Below, in pieces: positions 25,150 to 35,766 of a stretch of DNA of 64,000 bases; within the stretch, counting starts at the first letter, position 1, and each line of letters begins with the position of its first letter. The notes beneath the pieces were generated by a model that worked only from the letters and a program-made list of their open reading frames with translations, did not search any database and had not been told where the DNA came from. The DNA is taken from the NCBI GenBank assembly GCA_964016885.1, contig OZ024742.1, positions 74,586,001 through 74,650,000 of the forward strand, in the 5' to 3' direction. A program made the translations under genes and the position numbers. The stretch is from Eledone cirrhosa. Taxonomy: Eukaryota.

Positions 25150-27722
25150 ATCAATAGAAAAAAAATCAATAATACAATTTTTTAATAGCTTTAATCTTAA
25201 GTTAGAAATAGAGAATAATTATAAAATAGTTAACTTTTTAGATGTAACATTAAACCTTAATACTGGGCTATACTATCCATTTCATAAAATCAATGAGAAT
25301 TTAAATTATGTTAACTTTAACTCTAATCACCCTAGATCTGTTAAGAACACCATCGTAAATTCCGTACAGCAACGTATTTCTAGAATCTCAGCGAATAACA
25401 ATATATTTGAAGATAAGGCACAATATTATAACGAAGCTTTAAGTAGAGCAGGCTATAATAATGAAATTAAATACATCGACAATAATGATACGTCAATTAA
25501 CCATAATTATTATTATAATTATAATAAGAAACCTAGCACAAACTCTAAAACTAAAAGAAGAAACAGAACTAGAAACATAATTTGGTACGCTCCCCCTTTC
25601 TCAATAAGTATTAAAACACCTTTAGCTAAACTATTTTTTAAAGCTCTTGATAATTGTTTTCCCAAGGCACATAGATATTATTCAATCTTTAACAGACATA
25701 CAATTAAACTATCATACTCTACTACTATGAATTTAGCACAGAATATAAATAGAATCAATAATAGAAATCTAAACCTTAACCAGATTAGCATTAATACATC
25801 TAGCAATATCCAATATAATAATACTGTTCCCAATAATTTAAATTCTGATAATTGTAATTGTAGAATGAAATCTAACTGTCCTTTAAAAAATAACTGTTTA
25901 GTTAAAAATGTGGTTTATAAATGCAATGTCAAAACCAATGATAATTCCTTTAACTATGTTGGCTCTACTTCTACAGACTTCAAATCTCGTTTCAATAACC
26001 ATAAATGTTCGTTTAGGAATATTGGTAAAAAAATTTCTATATCCAGCTTATTATGGAACTTAAAATCCAAGAATATAAACTATTCTTTATCTTGGAATAT
26101 TGTTTCTAAAGCACCTGCCTACACAAACACAGCTTTATCCAACTTATGTGTTGAAGAAATATTCTTTATACTTAAATGTAAGAACTCCATTAATTTGCGT
26201 AATCATTTATTTAGTTCTTGTAAACATCGTTTAAATTCAACTTTTAAATATATACATAAAATGTAATTACACATTTAATCTTCCCTACATAATGTTTACT
26301 CTATCCAAACACCTATAATCTCATTTCTTAAATTATATCCATATATGTTCAGAAATTTAATCTAATTCCAATTTTAATATCTTTTACTTCGTAAATATAT
26401 ATATATAATACACTTCTTAAATTTCTAATTTACTTCTTAAAACCTTTACTTTCTAATATTTCTACCTCATAAATATATTTTTACCTTTATCTATCTTACT
26501 TCCAAAAATATCTTATAATCCTTTCGGAATGATTACTTGAAACTTTAAAAAATCTCTTTCAAATTTTTTGAAAATTTTAAAATGCTTTAAAAAATAAAAA
26601 AAAATATTTTAGAAAATTATATATATAAAAAAATTATTCTTTTTGGTCAACTAATATTTTAATATTTTTGGGATTTTATATTTTCCAATATTTAAACACT
26701 TTTAAATATTTTAAATATTTTAAGTGTTTAAGTATTTTCAAATATTTCCGAATACTTCTTTATAGTTTGAATAATCTTAGATGTTAATTATAATTTATGA
26801 ATAGTTTATAAGTTTTTAAAAAGATTTTTGTGTATCTTTGGAGTCTTTGAGTTTTCTAAAAAATCTCCTAAAACTTCTTTATAGTTTTTTATAATCTGAA
26901 TTTTTATAATCTTAATTTTTAAATGGTTTTAGTATATACTTTTATTTAAGTATTTAATCTTGTGTAAACTCTCGTAATTTGTCGTAATCTTTGTAATTTT
27001 TCTAAGTATTTAAGATTTGACTTAGAACCGATAATAAAATCTAGCTAAATATATTTTTGTCAAACTTATCCCATAATAACTAATAAATAAACAAAACTGG
27101 ATTCTCAATATTTTCCCAATGTAAAACTATCATCTATAACATGACATACCCATCTTTACCCATATATTTTTATTAATATATTTTAATATATTTTAAACAC
27201 ATCTTTATTATAATATATTTTTTAATTTAACATTATTTTTAATTTAACATTATTTTCAATTTATCAAAATTTTTAATTCATCATTATTTTTAATATAAAT
27301 ATAGCATAAAAGAACGATATATTTACGATTTACATCTCTTGATAACCTTATTTCTTCGCTCGTTCTTAATTTTCCCTATTTCTTTCTCCCTTTTTTCTTC
27401 TTTCTTCTCTCTTTCTCTTTCTTCTTTTTTCTTCTCTCTTTCTCTTTCTCTTTTTCTCTCTCTTCTTCCAACAGTATAATCTAAATAAACCGTTGTTTTT
27501 TCAATTCTTTCTGACATTCATTTGCATACTCACACATAACTTTGAATTACCCTAAATAAAATTTTTTTTCCACTATCCAGAGAACCTTCAACCGTCAAGG
27601 TTGTTTTTCTGCGGGTATGTCAACATTTATAAAACAAATTTTGTATTTTATCTGATGAAAGCGCACCAAAATTTGCCTTGTTTGCCCTTGAAATATATAT
27701 AATAAAATAATTCTGGTTTTAT
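25150..27722 (+). mobile_element. Penelope-like element (5'-truncated RT + GIY-YIG, long AT-rich 3' region ending in a hammerhead)
   Basis: The frame is open from ~25170 (IVNFLDVTLNL...NSNHP...RNIIWYAPPFS...IFNRHTIKLSYSTTMN) into ORF 25727..26266 (CNCR..CPL..CLVKNVVYKC...YVGSTSTDFKSRFNNHK). Confidence 0.88.
27629..27722 (+). ncRNA. Type I minimal hammerhead ribozyme (PLE-associated)
   Basis: Stem I TATTTTAT/ATAAAATA; core CTGATGA (27652-58) and GAAA (27690-93); stem II AAG.GCA/TGC.CTT; palindromic stem III TATATA; NUH triplet ATA. Confidence 0.75.
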
Positions 27723-27726
27723 ATAT

Positions 27727-27814
<88 letters not shown>

Positions 27815-27893
27815 ACACTCTACTCTGTATGAATATTGAGTGCTAATTTTGGCATACCGCCTATGGAATCACCATAGCTACCATTATACACAA

Positions 27894-27924
<31 letters not shown>

Positions 27925-27930
<6 letters not shown>

Positions 27931-28384
27931 AAGACGCCTCACGCCCCCTGGCGGATAATGGACCAGGCCTAGTTGTCTCCCCCTGGTTGAGAAGACCGAG
28001 GAGAGCAGACAGCCACGGAAAAGCAGACGGCATACACGCCACAGAAAACAGCCCCTGTACCACGAAATGATAAACAGCCAAGGGAACAGCAAACAGAAAA
28101 CCCCACAATACCTTTGTAATTGTAATACGCTCCCTTCACCACAACTGACCGCGTCTATATTTGGTATGTTTCATTTGTAATATAATAAACACATATAAAC
28201 AAATTAAACATCACCATTATTTACATTTGTTGAATATAATTCTCGTTGTGGTTATTGTCTTGTTTACGCACATACCCACTCACTTTGTTATAATTCTCAC
28301 TTACAAAAATGGTAAATAGACGAGGAACCTTCCCTCACGTCTATGTCGATAAACAATCCAACTAGGATACTTCATTTTACCACA
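27925..28384 (+). repeat. 5' LTR
   Basis: TGTAGTAA...TTTTACCACA. Matches 32753-33210 with about 10 substitutions and one 2-nt indel by eye. Confidence 0.93.
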
Positions 28385-28385
28385 C

Positions 28386-28400
28386 TGGTGACCGACGTAA
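28386..28400 (+). promoter_or_regulatory. Primer-binding site (tRNA-Trp-like, degenerate)
   Basis: TGGTGACCGACGT versus the canonical Trp PBS TGGTGACCCCGACGT, 1 nt after the LTR. Confidence 0.65.
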
Positions 28401-28919
28401 GAATTTTACGCAGCCTTTTTATTCAGTTGAACTTCACTGTTATTACCACGTTGCCAACCTTTTCGCAACTTACAAAAATACAAGAAAAAAAAAAGGACAG
28501 AGAAATAATAAAGTGTTTATACCGTATTGACAAGGTATACAAATCAGCCAAAATCTTTTTCAAAGATGGCGTTGCTTTCCTTCCCCGTTTTGTAATTTTC
28601 CGCCAGGACAGGGACATTTTGAATTGCGTCTGTGTGTTCCATATTTGATCAAGGCAAAAAAACATTTTTGTGAACATTACTGCCCCGCAGGGGATACACA
28701 TGCCTTACTTTTTTCCTAAGGGATTTTTAGCCACAGGCTACCTATTGTTGATATCCAACGTGGATATATTCTAAAACAAACATTTTTTTTTCTCTTTTTC
28801 ACGGGTTATTTGATTTGGCTTGCTCGTTGAAGCAACACAAGGGGACAGACGTTGAAGAAGAAAAAAAAAAAAATATATATATATGTATTTTACGATAGTA
28901 AACAAATGGAAATTATATT

Positions 28920-29020
28920 TATAAAACCATATTTATTTCATTATACATATTTCAGGGATACCATATTAAAAATATGGCATGCCTTCGTCAGATAAAATAC
29001 AATATATAAACTGTTTTATA
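28920..29020 (-). ncRNA. Type I minimal hammerhead ribozyme, second copy (PLE terminal fragment inside the Gypsy element)
   Basis: Minus strand: ATTTTAT-CTGACGA-AGGCATGCCATATT-TTT-AATATGGTATCCCT-GAAA-TATGTATA-ATGAAAT. Flanks are homologous to 27615-27722. Confidence 0.78.
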
Positions 29021-29129
29021 AATAATGTTGACGTACCATAAATATAAGCCACCATTAAGGTAGGAAGCTGGCTTGGTAGTGAGGTGTTTATAATTATTTA
29101 GTTATAGTGTTACACTTCGAAGCAAAAGT

Positions 29130-29413
29130 ACGTTGCTTCCTCTTCTCTTCCTCAATCACGCTCATCAGCGAGTGATGAGAAGTTAGTCAAAACAATGGAA
29201 GCCATGACTCGTCAAATGGCGGAGTTGTGCCAGGAATTCAGGTCTTTTGGACGGCAGAGGAGCCGCTCACGATCTTATTCAACTCCTCGCCACCGTAGCC
29301 TTTCCAAAACATCAAATCAAACATATTGTTATTACCATGACAAATATGGTGACAAAGCCGCCCGTTGTAGGCCTCCTTGTGCTTACAAGGGAAACAACGA
29401 CCAGAGTCACTAA
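29130..29413 (+). pseudogene. gag: Gypsy gag C-terminal remnant
   Basis: RSRSRS...YCYYHDKYGDKAARCRPPC (CHCC-type motif). The N-terminal part of gag is not recognisable. Confidence 0.75.
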
Positions 29414-32400
29414 CGGCGGATAGTGTGCTCTGCGAAACATCATCCAACCGCCACTTTTTCATTGAGGACCTGCTATCAGGTAGAGCCTTTCTGGTTGACA
29501 CTGGTGCAGTTTGTTCAATATGGCCTGTGTGTTGTATGAAGGAGACTCCCTCTGAGACACCCATTGAGTTGCAGGCAGTAAATTGTTTGCCGATTCGAAC
29601 CTTCGGACAAATCTCGCTACCTTTGCAGTTCTGTAATCTGCGGCGCGAGTTTAAATGGATATTTACTGTCGCTGCCTTGCCGTATCCGATTCTATGCGCG
29701 GATTTTCTCCACCATTTTTCATTGACGGTGGACATCCGTTGTAAGCGCCTAATTGATGGCATCACTGGTTTAACTGTTGTTTTTTCTTGCTATCACCGGC
29801 GATACTTACCATGCGTTGTTGAACTCGTTCCCGCAACTGACTCAGGGAAATTTCCGAATTGATGAGCCAAATCATACCACGGAGCACTTCATAACTACAA
29901 CTGGTGCTCCCGTTTTTTCTCGTCCTCGTCGCTTGCCCCCGGAAAAACTCAAAGCAGCACGATCAGAGTTTGATCATATGCTGCAGTTGGGGATTATACG
30001 TCCGTCCACGAGCCCGTGGGCGTCCCCATTACACATGGTACCGAAAGCGACTGGCGATTGGAGACCTACTGGAGATTATCGACGCTTAAATTCGATAACG
30101 GAACCGGACCGTTATCCTATCCCTCATCTGCAAGACTTTGCGTCTTCGTTGCAGGGATGCAAGATATTCTCCAAACTGGATTTAATTCGTGCATACCATC
30201 AAATTCCTGTCCATAAAAATGACATTCCAAAAACGGCTATAGTTACGCCATTTGGGTCATTTGAGTTTTTGACCATGCTGTTCGGATTAAGGAATGCCGC
30301 TAGTACGTTTCAGCGGTTTATGGATGAGGTTACTCGTGGCCTCGATTTCGTCTATACCTATATTGACGACCTGCTCATTGGTAGTTCTTCTCAAGAGCAA
30401 CATACACACCATTTGAATCTTCTTTTCCGCCGATTGAAGGCGTATAACGTGCAGATTAATGCACCCAAATGTGTTTTTGGTGCTGAGTCACTGACTTTCT
30501 TGGGTCACGTCATCGATGCTGACGGTATTCGACCCCGGCCTGAGCGAGTTAAGGTCATAGAGGATTTGCCTCCACCGACCTCACTACGTCAGTAACGCCA
30601 GTTCTTAGGCCTGATTAACTTTTATAGGCATTTCGTGCCAAATTGTGCAAGATTGCTTTTCTCCCTGACGGAGATTTTAAAAAATTGTCGGAAGAAGAAC
30701 AAAGACATTTCTTTGACAGACACTCAACTTGCTTATTTTCAGCACGCCAAAACTGCTTTGGCTAATGCTTCGTTACTGGCTCACCCGGTACCCGGTGCAA
30801 AGCTAACGCTTTGTGTTGATGCATCGGATATCGCTGTGGGCGCAGTGCTACAGCAAAACACCAATGGTTACCAGCAACCGCTGGAGTTCTTTTCCAGAAA
30901 GATGAAACCTGCTGAGACGCGCTACAGCACCTTTGGAAGGGAGCTTTTGGCCATCGATTTAGCCGTGAAACATTTTTCACATATGCTAGAGGGTAGACTA
31001 TTTACTATCCTCACTGACCATAAACCATTGATTTTTGCGTTGAGAGCGAAGGCTGATAAATACTCGCCCAGAGAGACGAGACACCTTGATTTCATCTCGC
31101 AATATACGCAATATCCAACACATTCCGGGTTCACTAAATACAGCGGCCGATGCTTTGTCCTGCTTACTCGTGACAGCGATCTCGTCACCCTCTGACATAG
31201 ATCTGACTCGTTTGGCTGCGGATCAGCCTCCCCTTGAGTCATTGGATGTTACATCACCTGAGTTTGCGAATTGCGAGATGAAATACTTGCCTCTGTCGAC
31301 TGCAGTTGGCCAAATTCTCTGCGACGTGTCTTTGGACGTGCCTAGGCCCTTCGTTCCAGAGAATCATCGTCGGACCGTGTTTCTGGCATTACATAGTTTC
31401 TCGCATCCAGGATCTTCCGCCACAGCAAAGCTCATATCAGCTAGATTTTTCTGGCCAAATATGAGGCGTGAAATTGCTGCTTGGTGCTGTTCCTGCGTCG
31501 CTTACCAGAAATCAAAGGTCCATCGACACGTCAAGGCTCCCCTGGGTACCTTTACTAACCCAGATGCGCGTTTTTCACACATTCATATTGATATAGTGGG
31601 ACCTTGGCCTGTTAGCGATGGTTATTCTTATCTGCTGACCATAATTGACCGTTTTTCGAGATGGCCTGAAGCCATCCCCTTGAAAAACATCACCGCTGAG
31701 ACAACAGCGCGTGCTCTTTTGTCTGGATGGATCTCTCGTTATGGAGTTCCATCCACAGTAACTACCGACCGTGGACGACAGTTCGAGTCGAGCCTTTTCC
31801 TCGAACTGTCAAAATTAATTGGTGCTAAACGCATCAGAACTACGGCGTACCATCCCGCTTCGAATGGTATGGTGGAGCGTTTTCACCGACAACTGAATGC
31901 CTCCTTAATGGCCTCAATGGACTCGGCGCATCGGAGCGAGTACCTTCCTATTGTGCTACTAGGGATTCGGTCAACGGTGAAGGTCGACTTTGGATTTTCA
32001 CCGGCCGAAGTACTGTACGGTGCCCCTCTGACATTGCCCGGGCAAATGCTTGCCCCTATCGATCTTGATGCCCAAGATCACGCTTCCTACGTGTCCCGTT
32101 GCGCTCCTATTTCCAGGATTTGCCGCCAATGGACACTAGGAAACAAACTGTCAAGACTGCTGTCCCGAGGGATGTTGCCTCGTGGACGCATGTATTTGTA
32201 AGGAAAGATTCTGTGAAGCCCCCGCTCACACAGCCTTACACTGGACCTTACCGTGTCTTAGCGCGCTCGGCTAAGCATTTCACTTTAGATATTAAAGGAT
32301 CCAGGGAGACAGTTACAATAGACAGACTTAAGCAGGCACACCTTGACACGGACGCTGTGGTTCCTGATCCACGAACCCCTTCGTATTTGCCTGTTGAGCG

Positions 32401-32530
32401 AACGCCTGTTCCTGAACCACCATCATCGCCTGTCCCTACACCACCACCATCGCCACGTTACAAGACCACGATCCGTTCAGGTCGTAGGGTCCACTGGCCC
32501 AAAAAACTTTGCAGCACCGTCTATATTTAG
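29389..32530 (+). pseudogene. pol: Gypsy pol (protease, RT, RNase H, integrase), disrupted
   Basis: FLVDTGA; [20 protein letters not shown]; LCVDASD..YSTFGRELLAI..TDHKPL; [28 protein letters not shown]; GPY. Split over 5 ORFs. Confidence 0.92.
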
Positions 32531-32752
32531 ACTGTGTTAGCTGCACACTTTTTTTTTGCTTCTGTGTTTCTGCTTTTTCTTTGCCTTTTTTTATGCATGC
32601 ATGTTGTGTTTTTTAACATTTTTCAAATCCTTATTCTGGATTTAATGATTGGTAGAGCGAATAGCTCCCCCTTGTTGCATTGTTCGCCATCTTACTCCAC
32701 GTGTGAGTAATAACATCGATTTTCGATGATTTGAAAATCTGGCAAGAGGTAC

Positions 32753-33209
32753 TGTAGTAAGGCGCCTCACGCCCTGGCAGATAATGGACCAGGCCTAGTT
32801 GTCTCCCCCTGGTTGAGAACACCGAGGAGAGCAGACAGCCACGGAAAAGCAGACGGCATACACGCCACAGAAAACAGCCCCTGTACCACGAAACGATAAA
32901 CAGCCAAGGGAACAGCAAACAGCAAACCCCACAATACCTTTGTAATTGTAATACGTTCCCTTCACCACAACTGACCGCGTCTATATTTGGTATGTTTCAT
33001 TTGTAATATAATAAACACATATAAACATAATAAACATCACCATTATTTACATTTGTTGAATATAACTCTCGTTGTGGTTATTGTCTTGTTTACGCACACA
33101 CCCACTCACTTTGTTATAATTCTCACTTACAAAAATGGTAAATAGACGAGGAACCTTCCCTCACGTCTATGTCGATAAACAATCCAACTAGGATACTTCA
33201 TTTTACCAC

Positions 33210-33210
<1 letters not shown>
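32753..33210 (+). repeat. 3' LTR
   Basis: Direct repeat of 27925-28384, followed by (TA)n. Confidence 0.93.
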
Positions 33211-33245
<35 letters not shown>

Positions 33246-33701
33246 ATATATATATGAGATGAATAAATTTGGTATAATACCAGTTCCTTACCAAATGCGA
33301 AGAAGATCGCAAAGCATAATTAAAAAAAAACTATATATATATAGAGCGGTGGTGGAACTGGGTGGGGAGGATGCCCCCTTCCAATAATTATATTTTCTCC
33401 CCAAACTACCAAAACACACGTCTACTTGGATATGCGCTACAATTTATATACATGTTATGTTTATCGCATATCGAAGTTTTCTGATCATTTTAGAGTGCAA
33501 AGAGTTAAACTAAACTTCCACCGCCCCTGCAAATAGTAATAATAAATACAAAGACCAAAATCCGAAGAGGGCTTGATAAGGATTGTATATATAAATAAAA
33601 AAGTATGTATAAACCCGTAGTATGTATATTTATTATTAGTACAGATTAAAGTTTAAGCAAAGAATTTCTGCTTTCACCCTATAATGTATAATATATATAC
33701 A

Positions 33702-33816
33702 CACATGTTGTCCCCCACCCACCCCCAAAATGTATACACAATTTGATTACCTGTACAGGCAATATTTATTAGAATGCTGTTGAAGTATGTATACATTTTT
33801 GGGGACACCCTGTATA

Positions 33817-33879
<63 letters not shown>

Positions 33880-34090
33880 CTTAGAGATTAGACTCAATGG
33901 GGTCATTTACAATCATTTCAGCTCTAATATATATATACACATGTTGTGCCCCCAAAAATGTATAGATACTTTGATCACCTGTACAGGCAATATTTATTAG
34001 AATACCGTTGAGGTGTGTATATATTTTTTGGGGACACCAAAATATATATATATACAGATTGTCCCCCCAAAATGTATACACACTTCAACA
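33702..34090. mobile_element. Cluster of ~110-bp Tc1-like MITEs (two copies plus an extra TIR) in TA repeats
   Basis: TIR CAGGGTGTCCCCAAAAATGTATAC-like at both ends. The internal ACCTGTACAGGCAATATTTATTAGAAT is repeated at ~33749 and ~33977. Confidence 0.65.
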
Positions 34091-35377
34091 GAATCCTAAT
34101 ATATATAAAACGTAGGAAGTGTGGTAAGGAACCAGATGGACCATAACACACCAGAGTACTCAATACTTAGGGTAGTAGAGTGGGTAATAGGAAAATGTTC
34201 AAGACACCGACGGCAGAGCTCAAGCCGTTTCGACGGCTATTTCTGGACTAAAGTAGAATTTTTAGCGTGGTAATAAATAGCCGAACTTTTCAAGGAGTAA
34301 TTCCTTATATGGGAAGGTTGTAGTTGTCAAAAGGATTATTCAAAATTTCTTGTAAACACAATTAAATCCTTCATGGCGGTGGGTGGTAGGTGGGAGTGGC
34401 TGAACTTTCCTGTAGAACAATGGGGGAGTGGGTGGAGCCGTTCAAGCGATGAAAGTGAATTCTATACAGCAAATTCTAAGGAGTGTGTATGAAATTAGGC
34501 TAGTTAGGAAGCAGGCGAAAAAGGAATTCTGGAGGAATCTGAGAGTAGCAAGTTATAAAATTAGAAAGTTAATAAATTGAGAATAAAAAAAAAAAAAAAA
34601 TAATAATATTAAAAAATTAAATAAAACCCCCCCCCAAAATCGATTCTAAAGCAGCTGCTATATATTTAGCTGGTATTGCGTTTTCGGCCAATGCTATATA
34701 GAATTTATTGGGGTGGGGGTACTGAGGCTACAAAAGCCCGATGGGCTGCCTCAGGGTAAGCGAAAGAGGAAAAAGGAAAAGGAAGAGGGGAGGGAGTGGA
34801 AGGATTGCGTAGGACTTACTTCGCCCTCAAACCCCCTCATGACCCGGGTGGGTAGACAATGGCTGCAACATCCTTTTTTTCCCCACTTGCCGAACAAGAT
34901 AGGGAAACCCCAGCATACATATGTAGATGTACTTCTTTTCTACGACTTTATCAGGAGTTACGGGTCCATACCATACCATACCATACCATTCTACATTTAT
35001 TAATTCCTCATTTCAGGAATAGTGTCATTAGTTTACATATATCTTAGGTTACATATATCTTAGGTAGTATGACAAGGGTAAACCGCATGAGATCATCCTA
35101 CGTCATGGTTTATTTTGATTCCTCAAATGTCAGCATCCACTAACGCATCACAGAACTCTGAACACATAGTTTAAAGCACCGGCTGGGATCTACATGATCG
35201 ATGAAACTATTGACGACGAATTCCCAGTAAGACAGCCGACCAATTGAACAGAAATCATTAAAAGATCCGAATCACCTTTTATCGTTATTACTCATTTGCC
35301 TAGTTTATGAATGAAATGAGAATCAGCAATAAATTGATAATAATTACTAATACAAAAAACGTGAAATGTGTAGAGTT

Positions 35378-35444
<67 letters not shown>

Positions 35445-35691
35445 CACGTGAGTTAGAACGTTTATGCGCATTTTCGTATACGTGTCTGTATATATTTTTT
35501 ATGAACACGTTCGTTATTCATTAATGGCTTTTTCTTTATTGCATAGTAAATGACATTTTTCTTTATTGCATAATATATAAATAGGGAAAAATAGATATAA
35601 AGTAGACCAAATATATAAATAGGTAAGTATAGAGACAGACGTAGATACATAGATAAGTACACTGATGTAGAGGGAGATAGATAGATGGATA

Positions 35692-35716
35692 AATTTCTTT
35701 ATTAGCCACAAGGGCT
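35692..35716 (-). mobile_element. Ultra-short (~25 nt) Tx1 3'-end stub within a GATA repeat
   Basis: AATTTCTTTATTAGCCACAAGGGC with GATA repeats on both sides. Confidence 0.75.
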
Positions 35717-35722
35717 AGATTA

Positions 35723-35765
<43 letters not shown>

Positions 35766-35766
<1 letters not shown>

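Larger units (their letters stand above)
27925..33210 (+). mobile_element. Ty3/Gypsy LTR retrotransposon (CsRN1/Kabuki-like), decayed, inserted in (TA)n
   Basis: Paired TG...CA LTRs, a PBS, a CHCC-type gag motif, and PR-RT-RH-IN order with stops and frameshifts. Confidence 0.93.
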
